Positions 53,682 to 64,000 of a stretch of DNA of 64,000 bases are shown one piece after another. A program made the position numbers and the translations under genes. The notes below the pieces were generated by a model. That model ran no database searches. It was not told where the DNA came from and worked only from the letters and a program-made list of their open reading frames with translations. Numbering within the stretch: position 1 is the first letter of the stretch; every line of letters begins with the position of its first letter. Source of the DNA: Camelus ferus (Eukaryota); NCBI RefSeq assembly GCF_009834535.1, contig NC_045697.1, forward strand, positions 58,530,001 through 58,594,000. The letters run 5' to 3'.

Positions 53682-53808
53682 TATTTTTTTTTTGGAGGGG
53701 GAGAAGGGAATTATATTTATATATTTATTGGATGGAGGTACTGAGGATTGAACTCTGGACCTTGTGCATGTTAGGTGTGTGCTCTACCACTGAGCTATAC
53801 CCTCCCCG
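53682..53808 (-). mobile_element. tRNA-derived SINE, camelid vic-1-like
   Basis: A box TAGCTCAGTGGTAGAG (53797-53782), B box GGTCCAGAGTTCAATCC, then AGTACCTCCAT...TAATTCCCTTCTCCCCC and an A-tail. Homologous to the 52.6-kb copy. Confidence 0.8.
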
Positions 53809-54635
53809 CTACGACAAACCTGTTGAAGTAACCAAATCAATTATTCCCAAAGACACAGTCCCTAACAATGCTAGTACAGTGACATCTATGTGCATTTATT
53901 TCATTTACACATTTTATGGAATAATGCAAATTTTATGCAGGGTATCAAGTATCAGTTTTATGAAGATCAGTACAGGTAACAATAAGAAATCAAACTATTT
54001 CTGGCTTAAAATAGTAAATAGTAATATGGGGATTTATCCCTTTGGGGATATTATGAATCACATCAATTTAAAAAAAAAAAGGGTGGGGTGGGGGAAGAGC
54101 TATCTAGTTCTTGACTATCCCCTAGAGAAAACAGTGCAGGACTGTTCTCTCTAGTGGATGGTGTGTAAGTGGAGGTTGGCTCCCACCAGCACCATCCCTG
54201 ACAACGTCAAGAGCCTTTGACTAATAAAGAACAGCTATGATGGCTTGGAAAGAAACAGATAGTCAAATCTTCTCTTTTGTTAAATGTTGGATAGCTTCAA
54301 TAATCATCTTCTAATACAGAAGTTCTTGACCTAATTTTCTGCAATAAACATTTGACAATCGGTGACAAACACGAGAACTAGCTCCCACCAATCCAGTGAT
54401 TCACTCTGGGCTGTTGCACAGAAGAGCTGGCTCTCGGGAGTTTCTGGGACATTCACAGCTTCACTGTAACTCGACTCAGAGACCTGACACTATGGGTGAC
54501 CAGTATGGATCTCACAGGTATTCCCACCAAATTCTCACCTGTGACTTCTTCAGATTGCTTTCTCAAACTCTGAAAATGCATTACTTAATATTCAGTTCAG
54601 AATTTAATCATATGTAAAGTAACCAAAATACACTG

Positions 54636-54711
54636 CAACAACAACAACAACAACAAAATACAAGAAAGAAAGAAAAGAAAGAAAGGAGAAAAGAAAGGAA
54701 AACAAAAAAAA
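54636..54711. repeat. (CAA)6 plus GAAA-rich tract; on the sense strand a UG/U-rich stretch just downstream of the 54774 donor
   Basis: caacaacaacaacaacaacaaaatacaagaaagaaagaaaagaaag... Confidence 0.8.
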
Positions 54712-54773
54712 TGCTATAAAAGCAAGCTAACGTAACAGTACACCTTTAGCTCAGCTCTGTAGGAGAGACTTAC

Positions 54774-55076
54774 CTATGGTTCCTGCGGGGCATGGCTGCT
54801 TTGCCATCTGTCCTTGACGGGTCTTAAACCACATGATTTCTCGAGCTTCCACAGCCTCACAGCTCTCTTCCAGAGCTGGGATCTGGGATGATGCTGACGG
54901 AAGGTGTGTGGTAATGTCGTCAAGCACCTCGACGGCTGGAGATGGGGTGCTGGTACTCCGGTTTCTTCTTCCTGCCACTGATGGGGTGGTACTCCTGCCT
55001 GGGCTCCAAGTTGTGGTCCGAAGGGTCGTACTGGTGGTGGTGCTTCCCATGCCAAGAGGTCCTGTGGTAGAGATTT
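54774..55076 (-). CDS. ADGRL3: ADGRL3 exon (303 nt, phase 1/1): Ser/Thr-rich linker and start of HormR domain
   Basis: Acceptor ttttatttcag|AAATC, donor ATAG|gtaagt. Encodes (E)ISTTGPLGMGSTTTSTTLRTTTWSPGRSTTPSVAGRRNRSTSTP...CEAVEAREIMWFKTRQGQMAKQPCPAGTI(G). Overlaps ORF 54751..55092. Confidence 0.97.
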   Translation of the reverse strand, partial: KSLPQDLLAWEAPPPVRPFGPQLGAQAGVPPHQWQEEETGVPAPHLQPSRCLTTLPHTFRQHHPRSQLWKRAVRLWKLEKSCGLRPVKDRWQSSHAPQEP

Positions 55077-58000
55077 CTGAAATAAAATTCAAAAGAAAAC
55101 ACCTCCATTGCTTGTTCAGAGTAGGACCAAAAGATGTCCTAATACTTCAGAAGCCGTTTTCATCTGACAATTCAAGTAGCCAACATGGGAAAAATAAGCC
55201 AATACTAAAATACCAGTGTTACTTGAGTAACAAGACAGCCACTGAGTAATGCTAAGTAGGTTTGTTTGTGGTTCTTCTCAACTCCAATCACAGGAAACAA
55301 AGTTACAGCACAATTCAACTCTTCAGTAAGCTTCTTAATTCTTCAGGCCTTATGACAATTAGGTGACTAAAACTTAAAACCCTCTCCTTAGGATTTTCAA
55401 ACTTGGTATAGAAAGAGAGAGAGCTGTATACAGTATTCTTTCCACATTAAGTATAATGTGAATCTCTGCAGATGCAGCATACAGGGGAGAGGCCCCCCCC
55501 CCCCCCAAAAATAGAAACTGAAGTGCTCACAAGCTCAAAAATAAAGAACTATTCTGAGTATAATCTCCTTAATACAAATTAGAGTAGCTTGGTGATTTAC
55601 TCTGATGCTCTTAGAACTGACCCATCCTATGAAAACTTTCAAACTTAACACTTACTAAAGTAAAGTATAAGTTATTTCCAATTAATGTGTTCATAAATTA
55701 TTTCCTAACTAGATTTTTTTTAGTGGCATTTTTCCCAATGTATTCCAAGTTCCAAATAAAAGTGGTTGAGTTGCTTGACCAGATATTAACAGGTTATTAA
55801 ATCTACAATGTATCCAAAGGAATGTCCCAACAATACTATAACAAGTCACTGCAGAGAATCCTCTCTCTGGGAAAGTATATTTATATTCCCACCCTGGGAA
55901 TGCAAGAGTTCACCAGGCCTCCACATCACATCCGCCGCAGACCTACACTGTAAGATCAGAGACTACTCTTGACCTAACTTACTGGCAATACCTCTAGGGG
56001 CACTGGCTCTACTCAGATTCCAAGTAGCTCGGGTTGGAGGAAATGCAGGGAGTCCCGTGATGAGCCTCCTTTTGTCTATCATTCACAGTCTGCTTTACCA
56101 TGTCATCAACCAGACTCCGCTGCCCCAGAAGAGATGCCAAATCCATCACAGTGTGTTTGGTGTATATGAAACAGGATATAGACAGCAAGGGGAAGGGTAT
56201 GAGTTTTTTGAACATTCATTTAATCATTGAAATTGTGGCATTTTTCTGAAGTGATGCTATTTGCTATATTGTCTTCTTGCTTTTTCCTCTGTTTCCTCTT
56301 CCCCTCTTCTTCCTTTTTCTATGTGAATGCAATATTCATAAATACATTTACGTTTACATAAGAAGACAAAGTATCCTCTTTTTCCCCTTCTTTTTCTATA
56401 TACACCATATTCCCAAATTGCCAAGTCTGGTTGATTCTGTCTCATTGTTAAAATTTTTCTCTCTCTCCAATCACCACTATCTACGTTCAGCCCCCTATCA
56501 TCAGTGAATGAAAACAGTGGCCTTTTAACATTCTTCCTAATAAAAGCTCAACACCAGAGAAAAATGCGAATATTGGTATTTCAATATCTATTGAGACAGA
56601 TAAAATAAAAACTCAGGATTTATAAAATAAAATCATTGACACTAAGCATTTAACGCAATTCAAATATAAAATTTAGACCATATTTTAAAATATAAGGTGA
56701 ACTGATTTCTTAAAATTATAAACAGCATAAATGATTCTAATATATAGTTTGCATATAAAATTAACAGAATGTTCCAAAAAGGAAACATAAAAATTAAGAA
56801 AATTTCATAATTTGAAAATTAAATATTATCTATTAACATTAATATTTAAATAATATATTTTTTATTAATATTAAGCATTAGCCTTTACAAAGTATATGTC
56901 AGTAGAGTCATTGCTGGGATATAAGCCCATTTTTTTGTGCAGATTTTTCCAGCTGATGGGAAATTATCTTTGATTTCATACTACTCAGTGGAGTAGTAAG
57001 GTGATAGTTAAAAGCTATCTCCAAGTATTTCTCTGACTCCTTGAGTTTAAGTAATGCCATCTCTCATTTGTACTTTTGAAGGGAACTTTTTGAATAGCTT
57101 AAATTTTTAATGGGGACTCTAAATCTTTTCACTGATAATGAGCTATAGTTTTTGTTTCAAATAAAGCATTTTGAGTTCTTCTTTGTCCGTTAGTTTGATC
57201 ATGTAAAAATGAAGATTCATAGCACTTAACTGTATTAGTTAAATAATCTCATGGTCAAATTTACTTATTCAAGAAGTTTTTGAAATAGAGTAAAAATTAA
57301 TTTTAAAATAGAGGCTCCATTTTTAATTGTCTTCCTTCTCTTCTTGAGAATTATATAGGTACTAAAGAATGTTTTCTAAATAAATGCACCTTCCTTTAGT
57401 TAGATATTTTATCTAGCATATAACGCTCAGGGAAGAGAAGAGATCTGTAATCATTTTTGTTCTGATAAAACTGCATTATCATGTGTGTGGTCCTAAGATT
57501 TGCCCGCCTGTTGTATCAATCACACAAATCACGCACAAGGAACAAAGACATAGTATCACAAGATGTTTGCTTGCTGTGATTCTAGACTTGCCAAGTTTGA
57601 ATTATGTCTTTTAGCATAGATTTGATACATCATTGTGTTCTATTTGATCCAGATTTCAGATTTTAAAAGACTACAGTATCCCACCAAAATGTATTTAACG
57701 ATAGCAGCACATAATGAAAATCAATGTTCTTTATTTTTCTCTAAAATTACCCTATTCAAACCATCCTCTACCTTTTGCCAGAGGCATCTCGTAGGGTATA
57801 AATTGGAATGCGTTACTCCCCAGGTTAAAATCCTTAAATGGTTTCTATCTGCCATCCAAACAAAGGCTGGACTCCTTTTCTTCATGCCTAGAGCCCTTAT
57901 GGGTTTCTTTCTCCAGCTCATTTATAACGTTTTCCCATCTTGTATCTGTACTCTTAAATCACACAAAATTACCAGTAGTTTCCCAACTGCCCCCTGTTCT

Positions 58001-59785
58001 TTTGGCCTCAGGGTATTTGCATATGCTGCAGTGGTCCTGCCCCCATTTCTACCTGGTAATTCCTATGTATTCTTTAGGGCTTAGATTGGATGCCATCTCC
58101 ATCAGGGAACCTTTCCAAATTTAACAAGACAGGGTTATATACTAAAGTGTGTTTTGTCAAGACTATTTCCTCAACTTTTAGCCTTGTTGTCTGACTAAGA
58201 GTTAATAAGCTCTCAGCCAAGATAGATGAATATCAGGGATAGGTCAAGGAAGCAAAGGAGAGTCCAGTTGTAAAATTTCACAGAGATGGAAAAGGATAAA
58301 TAGAAGGAAACAGCAAATGGGGCAGCTATATGTCTCCACAGTTGATGGGCTGAAAAAGTTATTTCATAAATGCATTTCACTCTACATTAAGAAAATTCAA
58401 GGAGATAATTCAAAGAGAAAATAAGCAGGGAGAATATAAAGCCTCCTCTTTCCTCAGATGACCTTATCTCAGAACAATCATACTTAAATTGAATATACTT
58501 TTGTGAAGCAATAACACTGATAAAATATTTTTTAAGGTTCAATTTGTTATGAAATACATTACAAGGACTTGGCTTAATACAGGAACACTAATGTTAAGGG
58601 TCAGTATAGAACTTATTTCCTTGGATCTGTGCTGCAGAGAGATGTCTACAAGCAGGGTCATATCATTCCATTCGACTTTAAACAGAATAAAAGTCAATTT
58701 TAAAAGCTGTCCCTGATCTCCCACCCCTTCCCTTCCATTTATTGCCATGTAAGACTCCCAAGGGCTCTGCTCAGTGCTAGCTTTTGGCAGAATAAGCACT
58801 ACTATTGATAAACGTGTTGTTACCAGTGCCCAGGAAAGAATCTGTCTTATTGCTAGATACTGTGAAAAAAGATCTGGATTCACTGAAGAGTCAGAGCAAC
58901 ACACATTGGCCAAGTTCCGGCCTATATCATATGCCATCAAGAGTCCGTCTCTCTCTGCTTCCAGGAAGGATCTGATACTTTTCCAGTGCATACTGTTACT
59001 GAGTCTTACCTGATGATACACCTAGTTTCATAAAACTATGTGTTTTTAAGTACCTCATATGCTTGAGGTTGTGTATCAGGGAAAGGCTACTATGTAAAAG
59101 AAAATAAGCTTGAGTGATTGTTTATATAAAACACTTAAACAAAATTGTGCAATCTTCCTTATATTGTCATTCTTATAGTATTTTCATAAAAGTAACCAAA
59201 AAAGCCCTCCATGTTAACATTTTCCCCTCATAATTAACCTTATTTCCAAAAGAAATTTTTAATTCTCCTGTCCCCTGAAATGTATTGACCATGGCTTATT
59301 TCATTCTAATGATTTGATTTATTCTGTTTAATTCTTTTGTTCAGCCTGCCTTGAAAAGAATAAATACTATTTTGAATGTTACTACAGATTATACTCTGTG
59401 GAGGACACTAATGGAAAACAGTGAAAATAATGAACATGTGTATAGTGCTTTACATCCTGCAATGTTTTTCCTTATCTCTAGTATTCATTGAATTCTGATT
59501 AAAAACTGTGTAGAGTAATTATAACTATGAAATCATAACTTTACAAATGAGAAAACATAGGCTCAACTGGTAAGTGAATCATAATCATAAGTAGTAAGTA
59601 AATCAGTGCCCTCTAGTTCCATATTCCATATTTTTCATAATATGCTTTCAAAAGTGGCAGCCTGAATTATTTCAAGCATTCTACAAGTCTTCCGACGCTT
59701 TAAGAATAGACTGAAGGAACTAAAATGATTATAATAAAACATTACTATTCTTGATCACAAAACATTTATTATTTGGGATTAACTT

Positions 59786-60084
59786 TGTTAACGGACTTGT
59801 TTTCCCCCAAAATTCATATGTTGAAGCCCCATTCCACATGTAACTATATTTGGAGATAGGCCTTTAAAGAGGTATTAAGATGCAATGAGTTCCTAAGGGT
59901 GGGGCCCTAATATACAGAACTGGCATCCTTGTAAGAGCAGAGATTCCAGGGAAACATGAGCGCAGGTTACAGGCCACGTGAGGACACGGTGAGAGAGTGA
60001 CCATCTTAAATTAAGGAGAGAGGCCTCAGGAAAAACCAATCCCGCTGGTACCGTGATCTTCAACGTTTGGCCATCAGAACTGTG
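59786..60084 (+). mobile_element. MLT1 (MaLR) LTR, 3'-truncated
   Basis: cccccaaaattcatatgttgaagccc...tatttggagataggcctttaaagaggta...gccacgtgaggacac...gagaggcctcagga...tgatctt...cagaactgtg. Confidence 0.85.
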
Positions 60085-60644
60085 TTCTTTCCAACATAAA
60101 ACATTTTGGCTGACTACAGAACATTTCCTTCTCCCTACTTTCCAGAGTATTTATTTAAATCCAAGGTCAATTATTGATGAACTCTTCTCAAGGGCCTGAC
60201 AGAGGAAATAAGTAAACCAAACGATAACAATGCTGCAAGTGGCTTTTGGCTACTTGCGCAGTGCTCTTGGTGGAATAAAGAAATTCTGCCTGACCTCCAT
60301 GGATATCAGTAGGTGGCAGAAGATCTGGTTACATCTAGTTTTTAAAAAGAAACATCAATATTACCAATCATGAAATTTTCCAATTCTTTTCAGAATCCAT
60401 CTATAATACCTAGCTTTACGGTCCCTTAAAGTAGTGAAATTCCATATACTATCAGTCATGTAGAGTTACATTTATTTTTGTAATTTGATACATTGTATTA
60501 TCTGATTCTCTCATAGGATATTATCCTTACTGTAAATAAAGGAAACTATCTGTTCAAATAAACATGAACTTGTAATGACCTTATCATGTGAGGTAATAAG
60601 GTAAAATATAAGACTTTGAGGGCACCTTATTAAAATTATCTGCT

Positions 60645-60840
60645 ACGTATTTAGCCTCTACCAAGCCAAGAATTGTGCTGTATGTTTTATATATGTGCTC
60701 TAACTTAGTGTTCTTAATAAGCTTAGGGTGGCTATACTTATCTTCATTTTGGAGATGAAAGAAGTCAAATTAAGTAATTCTCCCAAGCTTATATAGCTGG
60801 CAAGTGATAGGACAAGTATTCTAAGCCCAAGTCTATCAAA
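60645..60840 (-). mobile_element. MIR SINE remnant
   Basis: tatcttcattttggagatgaaagaagtcaaattaagtaattctcccaagcttatatagctggcaagtg. Confidence 0.6.
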
Positions 60841-62414
60841 ATCTCTCCCTTTCTATTAGGATGATGCTGTTGTTTAAAATTTAGACAAAATTTAATCACA
60901 GAAACATATATGTGAAAACTCTTAGTAAACCTGGAATAATTCGTCCCCAATACTGCTCACATATACTTTAACTGGTGTTGCTATGGCCTGGACCTGTTGT
61001 GTAGTTCTTGAGTACTTATCAAGGACCTGGCACCACTTCGAGCACTCTCCAGAAACTGGCCCATTCAATTCTGACATCAAAGCTGTACTATTAATTATCA
61101 TCATTTGCAGATGGTGAAACTGAAGCACCAAGAGATTCAGTAATTTTTCAAAGGTTCAAAGTTCATAACGAGAAACAACCCGGGCACACTTTTAACCACA
61201 CTAACCCAGATGGAACACTGAGAACCTGAACTTGACCCATAAGAAAGCTGCTGCTGTTGAGACTGGAGGAAGTAATTCGCTTTGAGCTAATTTCTGTTTA
61301 TGGCATGTTTAATTCTCCTAAAGTAAGGACCCTTGAGGAGAACAAAAACAACAACAAAAAACTATAAAATCCAGAAAACTTAGTACCGTATTCAGCATAC
61401 AAGTAGGCAATAAACAACTGGCAAACAATACTGTGAAATACAGCTGGCTTTTCTGGAGCATATATTATGTGCCTAGAAGTGTGCTAATGCTCTACATGCA
61501 TTCTTGAGGTACAGAGAGGCTAAGCGAATTTCCTAACTTCACATAGTTAAGAAGTGGTAAAGCCAGGATTTTAATACAGATAGTTGACTCTAAAACCCAT
61601 GTGTAATCCATATTATCTGACAAAGATTTAAAGTCATTTTTTAAAGTATCAAGTTTGGACTATATTATCTGCCTACAAAAGAGCTCATTTCTAGGAATTA
61701 TAACATTAATTCATCCCATCTATATTTCTTTATCAACTATCATATTACAGGCGTAGTACTGTGAACAAAATGTGAGTATCATTATCATGTTCCTTGTCCT
61801 CATTGAAGTCCTAAGAACGTTTATAGAAAAAGCTACTGAAGAAGATAGGAAATAGGAAGAGGAGAAACATACTAATATATTTATTCATTCAATATGTATT
61901 TATTGCTGTTTGCTTTATATTACACATTGTGCCAAACAGCAGGAATTCAGAGATGAAGCAAAGAGTGCTGCTTCAATTAGATTTTAATATACTGTATTTT
62001 GGGAAGGTATAAAAGCATTAATTATTCTCTGTGCCACTTAGAAAGGAAAAAAAAAATCTCTGCCAATTAAACTCTGACATGCCTTCAAGCGTTAGGAACA
62101 TTTCAACTTATAAAATGTTAAAAGATGAAATCATAAGACTCTTAGAGTTGTTAAAATACCATAATAGCAGAAATGTCTCCACATAATACAGCGAGATAAA
62201 TAATGGTTTAAAAGAGATGTGACTTTGGACAAATTATAACATCTCTTTGTGCTTTAGTTTTTTTTGTTTTTCACTAAATGGAGATAATAATATACATACT
62301 TATTTGAGAGAAAAAAAGTGGCAATATGGATTTAAAGTAGACTTAGCAAAGTAAATGACAAAGACCAACAGATTAATAAATGTTTACTATCAGTACTAAT
62401 ATTGTTAGTCATTC

Positions 62415-63060
62415 CCTAATACATTCAAGGATTATTGATTGCTTACCATGTGTCAATTGCTATTCTAAATGTTGGGGATACAGAAATAAATAACAAAAAC
62501 AACAAAAGATGAAAAGCCCTGACCTCATACAGCTTATATTTTAGTAGGATAAATAGGACAAAAATTAAAATATATAGCATATTAGATATTAAAAAGTGCT
62601 AAAGATAAGAAGAAAAAAATAAAACCGGGGAAAGTAACAGGAAGTCTTGGAAGAAGGGAACTGCAATTTTTAATAGGGTGTCAGGCATTTCCATGCTGTT
62701 AAGATGACAAGGAAGCTCTGATGGAACTGGAGGACTCAGAGATGTGAATAACTGGGGAGCATTCCAGGTAGTAGGAACAGTATCTGCAAAAGCCCTACTC
62801 AGTGAGATGGCCAGAATGGCTGGAGCAACATGAGGGAAAGCCAGTATGAAATGATATCAGAGCGATGGTGAGTGACTGGGGTGATTGTACAATACACACA
62901 GGTATGGTGAAGACTATGGCATTTACTCTGTCTGGTGTGGGAAGCCACGTAAGGTTCTGAACAAAGAAAAGACACAGTCAGACTTAGGTTCACCTGGGTT
63001 GTTGTGTTTAAGAGTGACTGAATGGGAGAAGAATGGAAGTAGGGAGAACAATATTTGACT
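62415..63060 (-). mobile_element. L2 LINE remnant
   Basis: tattgattgcttaccatgtgtcaattgctattctaaatgttggggatacag...ccctgacctcatacagcttatattttag...ggttctgaacaaag. Confidence 0.7.
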
Positions 63061-64000
63061 ATACATCTGAGGTTTCAGTGGTGCTGATGACTAGAATCCT
63101 ATGGATCACATACATATATACACAAGGGCACAAGGGTGTGAGGGAGGTCATGGCTTTTGAGTACATATACTATGATCCTCACTGGCACACAGTAGGCCTT
63201 CAATAACTGTTGGTGGAATTGAGCTGTTTGCTTTTTCATTTTAACAAAAGAAGTTAGCCTTTCTCATGTAAATTCTTCTTGAGCTCCATATCAATTACTA
63301 TCATTTATTCAAAATTGAAACAAACACACTGACAAATTGAATTCACCAGTATGAAAATGTTCCTGAGAATTCCTGACTTATAACCAACAGAATTATGTTG
63401 GTGTTCTCATTACTGTAAAATTTCTAGAAGTTTTGATTTATGAGGATATTAAGTAAATTTAGGTGGTGACAAAAGCACACAAACAAACAAAAAAACTGAG
63501 GGAATAAATTCAATTGAATCTGAGTTTACTGATTTTTCAACAACCAGTAAAACACTCAAGGAGCGTAAGTAGTTGAACTGATGACAGGATTTAGAATAAT
63601 TCCTTACTCCCAGCCTCAATATTGTATTTTATTCCCTTAGTTTTGACATCATTGTTATCCAGTTACTGGAGTCATTGCCTAATATTTCCAGTGACATACG
63701 TTTTATTATTAACTTGTGAATTGTAGTTTACCTATGAAGACAAAGTGATACCAAAATGTAAGGGATATATGTGATTTATTTATAGGTATGAAGTTAAAAT
63801 AAATTCAAGAAAAATAAAATTATTCTCTGTATTTGGAAATGAAATACTCAAAGTGAATAGTAAAGAAGAGCTCATAATTTAAGCTCCAAGTTTTTTTTTT
63901 AAGAAAGCAATTTTAGTAACTTTGATCTACTGCAGATGCTTGAAAAATATGTATGTGCTTGTCTCTGTTACATATGCACAAGCTTCTAAGAAACCGATAA

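Larger units (their letters stand above)
1..64000 (-). other. ADGRL3: Internal part of the ADGRL3 (latrophilin-3) transcription unit: 8 coding exons plus introns; gene extends beyond both window ends
   Basis: Eight exons splice in frame (junction phases 1,0,0,0,1,1,0) into a peptide EISTTGPLGMGS...CEAVEAREIMW...[19 protein letters not shown] that I recognise as latrophilin-3. The upstream exon and the TM1 exon (HSDAVHDLLLDVITW) are not seen in the window. Confidence 0.96.

Noticed and set aside
52640..54154. tRNA genes suggested by A/B boxes, and ORFs 52640..52894 and 53732..54154
   Set aside because: These are SINE copies with SINE tails and degenerate stems; the ORFs merely cross them.
54833..55249. 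138-aa antisense ORF and alternative-frame ORFs over the 303-nt exon
   Set aside because: Shadow ORFs of a GC-richer coding exon; no independent gene evidence.
55493..55506. C14 run (G14 in pre-mRNA) as a G-quadruplex regulator
   Set aside because: A single homopolymer about 420 nt from the acceptor, error-prone in assemblies, with no other support.
57635..59021. 149-aa (+) and 160-aa (-) ORFs
   Set aside because: No recognisable domain, partly overlapping L2-like sequence, and lengths compatible with chance.
40910..63735. Isolated sense-strand AG|GTAA motifs (40916, about 59010, 63732) as cryptic donors or recursive sites
   Set aside because: Each lacks a convincing partner splice site, a pyrimidine tract or a strong donor; expected by chance in 64 kb.
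1..64000. A novel multi-gene system, CRISPR array or prokaryote-like operon
   Set aside because: All coding signal is explained by ADGRL3 exons and decayed L1 ORF2. There are no repeat-spacer arrays, and no long ORFs outside the L1.

Overview
Mammalian genomic DNA, AT-rich, probably camelid (alpaca/llama/camel) judging by two vic-1-like tRNA-derived SINEs. The whole window lies inside ADGRL3 (latrophilin-3/LPHN3, an adhesion GPCR) on the minus strand. Eight internal coding exons are visible, all with GT-AG boundaries and matching phases: 55076-54774, 52386-52283, 42623-42438, 39469-39431 (39-nt mini-exon), 20889-20706, 19751-19629, 10836-10628 and 9932-9756. They encode the Ser/Thr-rich linker, the HormR domain and the GAIN domain through the GPS cleavage site (HL|TNFAVLM). 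The olfactomedin exons and 7TM exons are outside the window. The rest is intron: a 3.8-kb 5'-truncated L1 with an intact TSD, older L1 pieces, L2, MIR, solo LTRs, SINEs and a perfect (CAG)24/(CTG)24 tract. I found no evidence of a new multi-gene system, CRISPR array or prokaryotic element. The best leads are splicing and 3'-processing features: the microexon-like mini-exon architecture, a CAGCAG tandem acceptor at the GPS exon, candidate truncation routes just before the TM exons, and an intronic CUG repeat. Repeat family names come from remembered consensus sequences, and repeat boundaries without a TSD are approximate.
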